From an uncultured Planctomycetaceae bacterium (lineage in GTDB: Bacteria > Planctomycetota > Planctomycetia > Planctomycetales > Planctomycetaceae): 64,000 bases of DNA. The notes below the pieces were generated by a model. The model was not told the DNA's origin. It made no database searches and saw only the letters and a list, made by a program, of their open reading frames with translations. The DNA is taken from contig CAXBME010000004.1 of NCBI GenBank assembly GCA_963976765.1, positions 124,001 to 188,000 of the forward strand, in the 5' to 3' direction. How positions within the stretch are numbered: the stretch's first letter is position 1; every line of letters begins with the position of its first letter. Shown here piece after piece: positions 1 through 11,300 of the stretch. A program made the translations under genes and the position numbers.

Positions 1-378
1 CATTTCAGGCACTCCTGACGTTGGAATTTTTCCGTTCTGACGTTGCTTCAGCTCCGCCAGCCTCTCTGGCTCCGGACAGGATATTGGCCAGTCGGCTCCC
101 TGCATTCTCATCCTGTTAAGGTTTAACGCGGATGTGTCGAAAACGTGGCTGGCATAACGAAATTAGTTATTCCGAATGGAGTGAATAAAACGATAGAAGC
201 AATAGTACATATACTCATGAACGATTGTGACAAGGCATTATCAGAACACTGCTTCACCAGGACGACGGTTGAGAAAGCAAGCATCGGCTGTGCTTTCATG
301 TGTTTCGTCCGGAACTCGCTCTCGAGCCGAGTTTGAGGCTTGAACAAAACTGATCACCATTGGTCCGGAATTACCGAA

Positions 379-2157
379 ATGATAAAAACACGTCGCCTCA
401 GAAGTTTCCGTGGTCTTCGTACGCTGGTGTGTGGCGGGCTGATTCTCGGAACCAGTTCTGCTTTGATGGCTGATCCGTTCGCGAATCAGTTTCCTGATCC
501 TGATCCGCGGGTCACTAGGGCATTCTCTGAAGAAGCTTCGTCGGCCCGGTCTGAAGGCTCGGGTGACGAACAAAGACACGTTGGCCCCGCTCGGTTGACC
601 GGTCAGCTGGCCCCATTCGAAGTGGACACCGTCACGAAACCTCACGACGAATACCTGATCGATCTGGTTGGGCACTATTCGAGTATTCCGATGCAGGCCT
701 CGGACGATGCCGCTGATGGTTCTGCTGCCGCAGCGGGTTGTCGAGCCGGGGCCGGGTGTCGGACGGGTTGCTCGACCGACTGCGGAAGCTGGCTCTGGCG
801 AGTACCGGAATTGATGGGGGATCAGTTTCGGCTGGGAGGAGCTCATCGAATCACATTTCGACCGCAGGTCGCGAATCCGACTGCCGCGACGGGAATCGTC
901 GCACTGGATGTTGCCGCTAACCGGCTGGTGTTTGTTGATAATACGGGCACGATGCTTATTCCCGGGAACGCCAACCTGGTGCCGGGTGCGACGTTCGACA
1001 TCTTTCGCGATCCAGGCGGAGCATTGCTGACTCCAACGACCAACGCTCAAGGGTTGACCGGCCACTTTGGCGTGCAGCGACTGCAGAACGACGTTACTTC
1101 GGCAACAACCACGACCGGAACACCGTTCGACGTGCTTGAGTTGAACACGACGGCAACGATCACCGACCCGATCAGCACGGCGATGGCGGTTTCTCCGCTG
1201 CACACGGCTCACCTTCGAGTGATCACCAACACGTCGGCGAACCCAGGCTTCGGAAATGTCGGGCTGGTCAAGCAGGCGATGGGCGGCAGTCCGTTGACTC
1301 GAGACCGGACCTTCTTTCATTACGACTATTTTGATCAGGTCAACCTGGGACCGGGCGCTGACGTCAGCCGTTTCACGCCGGGCTTCGAGAAGCTGATCTT
1401 CGACGACCTGACATCCATCGAACTGCGGGCTCCGTTTGCCTCAACGCTCGATTCGGACATCAATATCAACCGTTCAACGAGCAGCAATGAAGTTGAGTTT
1501 GGTGACATCACGCTGGCTCTGAAACGAGTCCTCGCGCAAGGCGACAGCTGGCTGGTCAGTGCGGGTCTGCAAGTATCACTGCCGACAGCCGACGACCTCA
1601 AGTACAGCGTCACAGACGGCACCAGCACTGGCGAATTCCTGCGGCTGGAAAACGACTCCGTCCATCTGATGCCGTTTCTGGGGGCCGTTCTCACACCGTG
1701 CAGTCGATCATTTCTACAGGCCTTTGTGCAGCTCGACGTGGATGCCAGCGGGCGACCAGTGCTGACAAACGCCAACGCTTTGAACGGAGGATCGCTGTCG
1801 CAGGTCGGCACGCTGAACGACGCGGCGTTTCTCTACGTCGATGTGAACACAGGTTTCTGGCTCGTGCAGGAACCGGAAGACTCGAGCGCCACGATCACCG
1901 GCATCGCGCCGATGGTTGAACTGAACTACAACGCCTCGGTCAGCAATTCGGACCAGGTCACGTTCCTGCCGCTGGGCACGATCGGCCAGCGAGGTCGTGA
2001 CGTCGAATTTCTGAATGCCACGATCGGCTGCGTCTTCGAACTGCACCACTCTTCGAATGTCACCGTCGGCTACTCCGTCCCTCTGGCAGGCGGTTCCGAC
2101 GAAGAATACGACGGCCATCTGCGAGTCATGTTCACGCAACGCTTCGGAGCCAGGTAG
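379..2157 (+). CDS. Planctomycete-type secreted protein, probable outer-membrane beta-barrel C-terminal region
   Basis: ORF 340..2157; ATG at 379 gives a basic N-terminus plus hydrophobic signal (LVCGGLILGTSSALMA). Cys-rich linker, then amphipathic strands (DITLALKRVL, VSAGLQVSLPT, LRVMFTQRF). Confidence 0.6.
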   Translation: MIKTRRLRSFRGLRTLVCGGLILGTSSALMADPFANQFPDPDPRVTRAFSEEASSARSEGSGDEQRHVGPARLTGQLAPFEVDTVTKPHDEYLIDLVGHYSSIPMQASDDAADGSAAAAGCRAGAGCRTGCSTDCGSWLWRVPELMGDQFRLGGAHRITFRPQVANPTAATGIVALDVAANRLVFVDNTGTMLIPGNANLVPGATFDIFRDPGGALLTPTTNAQGLTGHFGVQRLQNDVTSATTTTGTPFDVLELNTTATITDPISTAMAVSPLHTAHLRVITNTSANPGFGNVGLVKQAMGGSPLTRDRTFFHYDYFDQVNLGPGADVSRFTPGFEKLIFDDLTSIELRAPFASTLDSDININRSTSSNEVEFGDITLALKRVLAQGDSWLVSAGLQVSLPTADDLKYSVTDGTSTGEFLRLENDSVHLMPFLGAVLTPCSRSFLQAFVQLDVDASGRPVLTNANALNGGSLSQVGTLNDAAFLYVDVNTGFWLVQEPEDSSATITGIAPMVELNYNASVSNSDQVTFLPLGTIGQRGRDVEFLNATIGCVFELHHSSNVTVGYSVPLAGGSDEEYDGHLRVMFTQRFGAR

Positions 2158-2173
2158 TGAATTCGTCGTGACC

Positions 2174-2240
2174 GTAGGGTGCGTCTCGACACACCAGCGA
2201 CTGAATCACGAACCGTGTCGTGCGTCAAAACGCACCTTGC
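2174..2240. repeat. REP doublet, family A (GTAGGGTGCGTCTCGACACACC and inverted copy)
   Basis: Two inverted ~22-bp imperfect palindromes at 2174-2195 and 2219-2240; same family as 19819-19874. Confidence 0.75.
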
Positions 2241-2358
2241 GACTTCAAAGCAAAGCAGTCCGCATTCAGCAATGCAAATTTCAACCACACAAAGACGATA
2301 AAACTCCGGTCGTTCTGATGATCAGAACGAACGCCGTTTCAAAGGATTGAGGTGAAGC

Positions 2359-5300
2359 ATGAGTTTCAGTCACTGGCTCGACCGCATTCAGGCACGTATC
2401 CAGAGCAGCACTCGCCGCAAAGCAACTCGCAGACGCCGTTCACAATCCGGGCAACACAACATCCAGCTGCCGTCTTTGACCGAGCAGCTGGAAGACCGCA
2501 CACTGCTGACGGTTGGTGTCGCGGATATTGCCGTTGTGGGCTGGAACTCGGACGGGGGCGACGACTGGGCGATCGTCACGCTGCGGGATATTCCGGCCAA
2601 CGAAGTCGTTTTCTTCACGGACCGGGGCTGGCAGGAGCCGAGCAACACGTTCACCAACTCTACCTTCGACACGGCACTCACCTGGACGGTGGATGCAGAC
2701 GGGGTTCCGGCAGGGACCTTCCTGAGCAACGCGACGCTCACCACTCAGGGTACGGTGTCGGGGAGTCTGTCCTTCGACAGCGGTGGCGACCAGTTGTTGA
2801 TCTACCAGACCGCCGATGATATGCCGGACTCTTTGCCGCCGACATTTATCTACGCATTCAACAACAACAACTTCGGTGCGACGAATGGGTGGCAAGACAG
2901 CGATGCCGTCGGGGGGGGAAGTTCGTCGGTGCCGGAAGGATTAACCGCTGTCACCACTTCAGGCGGCGCTGGCTCGGCCTTTGGCCTGCTGAACGAAGCC
3001 GCCGACAACTACCGCTACGACGGCCCGACCACCGACGCTGACAAAGCGACCTGGCTCAGCCGAATTCACACAACCGGCAACTGGACTTCAGACGACACTA
3101 ACGCCCTTGATGTGTCGCCGACGCAGATCGGCAATCCCAACACCGCAGGTACGGTCGTCGTCACCGACGCTGGCGGAGGGAACACAGCCCCAACGGTTTC
3201 TTCTGCTCCCACCGATATCACAGTGACGGAAGATACGAGCAGCAATGTCGATCTTTCCACAACACTTTTCACCGATGCGGACGGTGACAACCTGACTGTA
3301 ACGTTGTCCATAAACAGCGGCACGTTCGGCATGCCGGCAGATGGCGCGGGTGTTGGACTCGGCGTCACGGAGACTCTGGTCAACAGCACCACGATCACGC
3401 TGAACGGCGTCGCCGCGGATATCAACACCTATCTCGATACGGCCTCAAATATTCAATACACGGGCGCGTCAAACGTGAATGGTAATGACGCAGCCACACT
3501 GACGATCACTCCCAACGACGGCACCGCGGACGGCGTTGCCGCGATGGTCAACATTGATATCACGGCAGTGAACGACGCGCCGGTCCTGGACAGTGGCCAG
3601 ACGCCAACGTTAACGACCATCAATGAAGACGCGGGAGACGACGACGGCAGCGGAGCCGACGGCGACGATGACGCAACCAACAATGCCAATAACGGCGGAG
3701 ACACCGTTGCGGCGATCGTAGTCGACGCTTCGATTACCGACGTGGACGGTGTGGCTGTCGAAGCGATCGCAGTCACGATCGTCGACAACACTAACGGTGT
3801 CTGGCAGTACTCGCTCGACGGTGGTTCTTCCTGGAACAACTTTTCCGGCACAACGGGATCTTCAGTTGATATTTCCAGCTCGGCCCGCCTGCTGAATCCG
3901 ACACACCGCATCCGCTTTGTGCCCGATTCGAACTACTCCGGGACAGCGACATTTACCTTCCGTGCCTGGGACCAGTCATCAGGCACTGGTGGCGGGACGG
4001 CGAATGCCAGCTCCGGTGGCGGTTCGACGGCCTTCTCTATGGCGACCGACACCACATCGATCACGGTTTCTGCTGTGAATGATGCGCCTTCGTTCAGCGG
4101 ACTGGACGGAACTCCCACGTTCAATCAGGGCGGTTCCCCTGTGACGCTGGACTCCGACGTGACCGTGTCCGACATCGAACTGGATCCGCTGAACGCAGGG
4201 AATGGCGACTATTCCGGCGCGTCGCTGGTGATCGCCCGTAACGGCGGAGCAAATGCGGACGACACATTCAGCTTCGACACGTCCGGTGCTCTGTTTACGG
4301 TATCCGGCAGCAACCTTCAGTCTGGCGGGCAGACGTTTGCCACATTTAACAACGGCTCCGGCACGCTGACGGTCAACTACACGTCCAGCAGTACAACGGC
4401 AACATCCGCGCTCGTCAATAACGTGATGCAGCACATTCAGTACTCGAACGCCAATGGTATGCCGCCAGCAACAGTGCAGCTCGACTGGACCTTCAGTGAT
4501 GGCACGGACAGTGACACAGGGTCGTCCACGGTGTCGATCCCGGCACTTCCCACCACCAGCGTCACGATCTCCGGCGGCACTCTGACTATTACCGACGTCG
4601 ATGGAGGTACCAGCAACGACGCCCTGACGATCAGCTACTCGGGCGGAACTTACACAATCACTGACAGCGGCGGGTTGATCCTCGACGCATCGACAATCTC
4701 CGGTTCGACAGGCTCGGGCACAGCGATGGTCACGCTGCCGGACACGGGTGTGACGGGCATCAACTTCGACGTTTTGGGCGGAAACGACAGCGTCATGGTC
4801 ACCAGCCTGCAAGCGGCCGCATTGAGCAACGGCTTCACCATTGCCGGCGGAGCGGGCACGGACAGTGCCACACTTGACACGGCAATTGATGCAACGGGTG
4901 GAGCTGTTTCGATCGCCGCCGAGACGATTAACCTCAGCGGCGGCGTTACCTCTGCAGGTGATCAGACTTACAACGGCGCCGTAGTGCTGGCTGCGAGCAT
5001 CACGATGACTTCGACTTCGGGTGACATCGATTTCGGTTCGACGGTCAGTGCCGACGGGGCCGGTCGAGACCTGACGGTCTCGGCACTCGCTGGAAACGTC
5101 AACTTCGACGGAGCCGTCGCGGATGCAGGAGGAGCGAACATCGATGATTTGGACGTTGATGCCGCGACGATGTCGGTGTCGACCACGGGCGGGACATTTT
5201 CGACGACACGGTCAATTAACCTGAACGATGTGGGCATCCTGAATATTGACGCGAGCACCACGTTCACCACAGCCGACGCTTCGGGCGGCGCCTTCACATC

Positions 5301-8300
5301 CGCTCAGAATGTGGTTGCCGTCACCGGTGACGAAACACTGACTGTCGATGCGGACGCTGCCGTGACCATTCATGATGGAACGATCGCCTCACTGTCAGTC
5401 ACCGATGCAACGACTGTTACTTTTTCGGGCGATCTAATCACGTCCGGGACCGTCACTGTGGGCACCAGCATTACCGGCGACGTGAACGTGAGTTCGGTCG
5501 CGAGCATCCAAAGTGCCGGGACAGTCAGCATTGACAACACCGCGGGCGCTGGCTCCTCAGACATCATTGTTGATGGGTCGATCACCGTCACCGGCAGCGC
5601 CGGGATCGATTTCGATGCTGACGACAGTATTGCGGTGGGCTTAGGTGCTGACGGTTTGGCAACTTCTCAGAACGGAGATATTGATTTCAATGGCGCCGGT
5701 ACCACGATTCGAATTGGTGACGGGGGGAACACGGGCCGGGTGGTGACCACAGGGATGGGAAATATTATTCTGTCATCTGCCGTGGGTAGCTTCAACATGG
5801 CCAATAACACGGCTGGCACGTTCCTCTCTTCCGGCGGCAGCGTCGACATCAATGCGACAACCAATGCGACGATCGCTGGAGCGGGCATCGTCGCCGCTGG
5901 GAGCATTGCAATCGATGCTCAAGACACAATTACGTTGAACAGCGAAGTTCGCAGCACGGCCTCGACGACCGCAATTACCGCGACCGACACCGACGACGAT
6001 AACACGGCAACAATTATCGTAAACGCGAACGTGAGCGGCACGACCGCAACCCTGACCGCCACTGATGACAATACGGCATCGGAAGTCATCAACGTCACCG
6101 CAGCGACGGAAAACACTGTCGGCTCAACGATCTTCGAAGCGGGCAACGGAACAGTCAATCTCAGCGGCGGCGTTACCTCTGTGGGTGATCAGACTTACAA
6201 CGGCGCAACCAGCATTGGAGCAAACAACACCGTCCTCAACAGCACAGCGGGTGGTACGATTGAGTTCAACAGCACCCTGGCAGCGGGGGCCAACAACATT
6301 TCCATCGTCGCGGACGAAATAAATTTCAACGGGAATGTTTCCGGGTCGGGTTCCCTGACTCTGGCTCCGAATACCACTTCTACAACCATCGGAGTAGGTG
6401 GAGGCACTGGTACGCTTGATCTTTCCGACGCAGAACTGGCCTTCCTGCAGGACGGCTTCAGCTCGATCACGATCGGCGACGCGACGGCTGGCGACATCGA
6501 TATCGACTCGGCCACGTTCTCTGACCCGGTGACGCTGGTCACGAACGGAGAGATTCACGACAACGCTGGTACGGACATCGACGCCGGCGCCAACACCGTC
6601 ACGGCGGACGGCACGGTTGCTCCTGGCCAGTCGCCAGGAATTCTGGCCATCGCGGGTAACTTCATGTTTGCTGACAACAGCACATTCGAGGTCGAAATCG
6701 GCGGGACATCACCCGGCACCGCCAGCACTGATCATGACCAGGTCGACGCAACGGGTTCGGTGTCAATCGGGACCGGAGTCACGCTGGATCTCGTTGATTT
6801 CAACGGCTTCGGAGCCACCATCACTGGCGGAGAATCCTTCAAAATTATTAACCGCACCGGCGGCACTGGAACATTCAATGGTCTGGCCGAAGGCGCCACG
6901 ATCAGCAACTTTCTGGGTTCAGGACTCGATGCCACGATCACCTATGCAGGCGGCGACGGCAACGACGTCGTGATCGACATCATCGCGACGACCGTGACTG
7001 TCGTGGGCGGAGATCTGATCATCGACGACGCGACCGGCAACGCGGACAACCAGATCACAGTCGTTATCGACGGGGCAAACTACCGGATCAGCGACGCGGG
7101 AGCACGATTGGCTGCCGGTGCAGGTGCTACTGCCGACGGCGACGACATTCTGATTCCGATTGCCAGCGTTACGGGATCAATCCAGGTCATCACACAAGGC
7201 GGCAACGACACCCTGGAAGTCGACTTCTCGGGTGGTAATCCGATTCCAGCTGGCGGCCTGACATTTGACGGAGGCATGGACTCGGGCGGTGGGGACGAGC
7301 TGATCATCAGCGGGAATGCCACGCCATTCAGCAGCCAGACATTCAACTATGACAACACCGTGCCCGCTGACGGTTTCGGTGGCAACGTCGTACTGGACGA
7401 TGGATTGGCCACTCGAACGATCACCTACACGGGGCTGGAACCGGTCACGGGCGGGACCTCGGTCAACACGACGATCAACCTGCCGACGGCGGTGGCCAAC
7501 GATGCCACGCTGCAGAACAACGCGACAAGTGGTTTCATCGAAATCATCGACAACGGAGCGACTTTCGAAGACACAACCTTCCCGAATCCAACCGGCTCTC
7601 TGACAGTCAATCTTGGAGACAACGGGGACAGTCTAGCCATCAATGTCCTTGATCCCGGATTTGCTGCCACGCTGACGATCAATGGCGGCTCGGGTGACGA
7701 CACCTTTGCCTTCAATGACGGTGTTGCTCTGGACTTCTCGATTAACGGTGGTGCTCAGTCGACTGCTGATACGGTGACGTTTGCGGCTTCGACGTCGGGG
7801 GTTTCTGTCGACGTGAGTCGGCTGACGGGTATTGAAGCGCTGGTTGGTTCCGGTAACAGCGACACGCTGGTTGGGACGTCGGGCGACGACATCTTCGACG
7901 TGACCGCTGCAAACTCGGGAACGATCAACACAAGTACTGCGTTTGCCAGCTTCGAAAATCTCACCGGCGCTGGCGGTAACGACCAGTTCCTCTTTGAGGA
8001 AGCCAGCAGTCGCATTGATGGCAATGTTGACGGGCAGGCCGGGACGGACACGCTCAGCTACGCAGATAATCCTGGGGGCTTTGCAAACATCACTCTGAAC
8101 GGAATCGGCACCAGCGGTTACGGCGGGATCGAAGCGGGTCTTTCCAGCCTGATGGCTTTCTCCAATGTTGACTCGCTGGTGGCAACATCGTCAGGAAACG
8201 ACTTTATTGGTGGACTGAATCTTGCTTCGACCTGGGTCGTGACTGACACGACTGGCTCGTACGCAGCGACGGGCGGATCGACTCTGAACCTGTCGGCCTT

Positions 8301-11300
8301 CGAGTTGTATTCAGGCGGATCGGCGGCGGACACGTTTAATGTCAGCGGTACGCCGACGGCAAACTTGAGCGGCCAGGAAGGCGACGACGCCTTTATCTTT
8401 GCCACCGGCGCGAGTGTGACCGGAACTATCTTCGGCGGCACCGACAATGACACGCTGAGCTTTGCGGCCAGCACGACGGATGTCACCGTCTCTCTGACGG
8501 CAGTCAACGCTGGCGACGGCGGGTTTAACGGAACGACAGGACTGGCGAGCGGCGGATTCCAGAGCATCGACACAGTTGCCGGCGGTACCGGAGACGACAC
8601 TCTGAACGGTCTGGCGTCAACAGCCGGTGTCTGGACGGTCGACGCCACAAACACCTACGTTTCAACAAACACGCTTCAGCTCTCCGGCATGGAAAACCTG
8701 ACCGGCAGCTCAGCCGCTGACACGTTTAACGTAACCCCGTCCCTGACGACCGCAATCAACATACTCGGTGGAAATCCGGCGACGTCTCCTGGAGACACGC
8801 TGAATTTCACGTCGCCGACCGGACAGAACTCATCGCTGACTCCAGACGGAATCGATGGCGGTACCTTCAGTACGACGGGTGGTTTTCAGGAAGTGACGTA
8901 CGACGAGATCGAAGAACTCATCTTCACAGGTGACGACACGCTGACAGTGAACGGCACTGACCAGGACGACCGGTTCGATCTCACACTGACGGGGCCCGGC
9001 ACAGGGACTCTTGAAATGACTGTCGACGTTGACGGCACGCCTGGCCCGACGGTGTCATTCACAATTGGGTTTTCTGGTATACAACGTCTGGTCGCGAACG
9101 GTGGAGATAACAATGACGTGTTCCGGCAAAACAACACCGGCGGCCCACTCGGTCTGACGAACGGAATCGAGTTCAACGGCGAAGCCGGCAGTGACTCGCT
9201 GGAAGTTCTGAATGGCACGGCGACCACAGTTGCTCATGTCTTCACAAACGCGAATGATGGCTCGATGAGCATCGACGCGTTCAACCTGGTTTACACCGGC
9301 CTGGAGCCGATCCTCGACACAATCACAGCGACCGACCGCACGTTCACATTCAACAACACGGATGACGATATCACGTTGAGCGATCTCGGTGGCGGCCAGT
9401 CCCGGATTGAGAGCGTCTCTTCCAGCGAAACAGTCGACTTCACCAATCCGACAGGCTCGCTGACGATCAACGCGGGCGACGGAGCCGACACCGTGGATGC
9501 TTCGGCGTCAGCCGTTGCCGTAACGATTAACGGCGGTGACGGGGCGGACGAGATTTCCGGAACTTCGCTTCCTGACGTGATCAACGGGGACGCAGGCAAC
9601 GACACGATTACGGGCAACGCCGGGAACGATGTAGTTGACGGCGGAGCTGACGACGACCTGCTGATCTGGAACAACGGTGACGGCAGTGACACGTTCGACG
9701 GTGGCGATGGAACGGACGAACTGGAGGTGAATGGGTCGACGGTGTCTCCGGCTGGGGACACGATTACGGTTTCTGCGAATGGTGCTCGATTTGATTTGAC
9801 TCGGGCGGATGGTGGAGCCGGTCTGGGACCGTTCTCGCTGGATGTGGGGACGGTGGAGACACTGGACCTCAACACGCTGGATGGTGATGACTCGGTGACG
9901 GTTGCTGACCTGACCGGAGTGGCTGATCTGGCGACGCTGCAGATTGACGCCGGAGCCGGTAACGACAGGGTCGATGCGTCGGCTCTACCGGACCTTGGAC
10001 TGAGCATCCTGCTCGAAGGCGGCAACGACAACGACACGATCACCGGTGCTGCCGGGCCGTCAATGATCAACGGGAATATGGGCAACGATTCGCTGATCGG
10101 CGGAGCGGCAGCCGACACGATCATGGGCGGTGGCGGGGATGACGTCATGAACGGCGGAGCGGGCGGCGACATGCTGTCCGGTCAGGCCGGCGACGATACG
10201 CTGACCGGCGGTCTGGGCGACGACACGCTCAACGGTGGAGCGAACGCCGACCGCATCGTTGAATCCCGCGATGCCGACTTCGATCTAGGCGACGCGACGC
10301 TGACGATCAGTCCGGCAGAAACCGACGCGCTGGTCGATATCGAAGAGGCAGACCTCGACGGCGGAGCATCGGCCAACACGATCGACGCGTCTGACTTCTC
10401 CGGCACCGTCACGCTGATGGGCGGCGACGGCAACGACACCATCACCGGGGCGCAAGGTTCGTCAGTCATCAACGGGAACATGGGCAACGACAACCTCACG
10501 GGGCTCGACGCGGACGACACCATCATGGGTGGAGGCAACGACGACATCCTGAATGGCGGCGGCGGTGCTGACATGCTCACCGGTCAGGCCGGCAACGATA
10601 CGCTGACCGGCGGCACGGGCAACGACACGATGAACGGCGGCGACAACGATGACCTGCTCGTCTGGAACAACGGCGACGGCAGCGACCAGGTCGACGGCGG
10701 AGCTGACACTGACGAGCTGGAAGTCAACGGCTCGACCGTCACGCCAACCGGAGATGACATCACCGTTTCGGCCAACGGAGCACGGTTCGATCTGACTCGG
10801 GCAGACGGCGGAGCGGGGCTCGGACCATTCAGTCTGGACGTGGGCACAATCGAAACGCTCGACCTCAACACATTCGCCGGCAACGACAATGTGACGATCA
10901 ATGATCTGACCGGCGTCGCCAATCTGGCGTCGATCCAAGTCGAAGGCGGCGACGGCAACGACACCATCGACGCATCCGCTCTACCGAACCTCGGCCTGAA
11001 CGTGCTGCTCGAAGGCGGCAACGACAACGACACGATCACCGGCTCGGCGGGACCATCGGCGATCAACGGCAACATGGGCAACGACTCGCTGATCGGTGGA
11101 GCGGCGGCTGACACGATCATGGGCGGCGGCGGCGATGACATCATGAACGGCGGAGCGGGCGGCGACATGCTGACCGGTCAGGCCGGCGACGACACGATGA
11201 CAGGCGGAACCGGCGATGACACGATGAACGGCGGAACGGACACAGACCGCATTGCCGAAACTCGTGATGCCGACTTCGATCTGGGCGACACTTCTCTGAC

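Noticed and set aside
241..1320. 359-aa minus-strand ORF
   Set aside because: Arg-rich, motif-free shadow of 379..2157.
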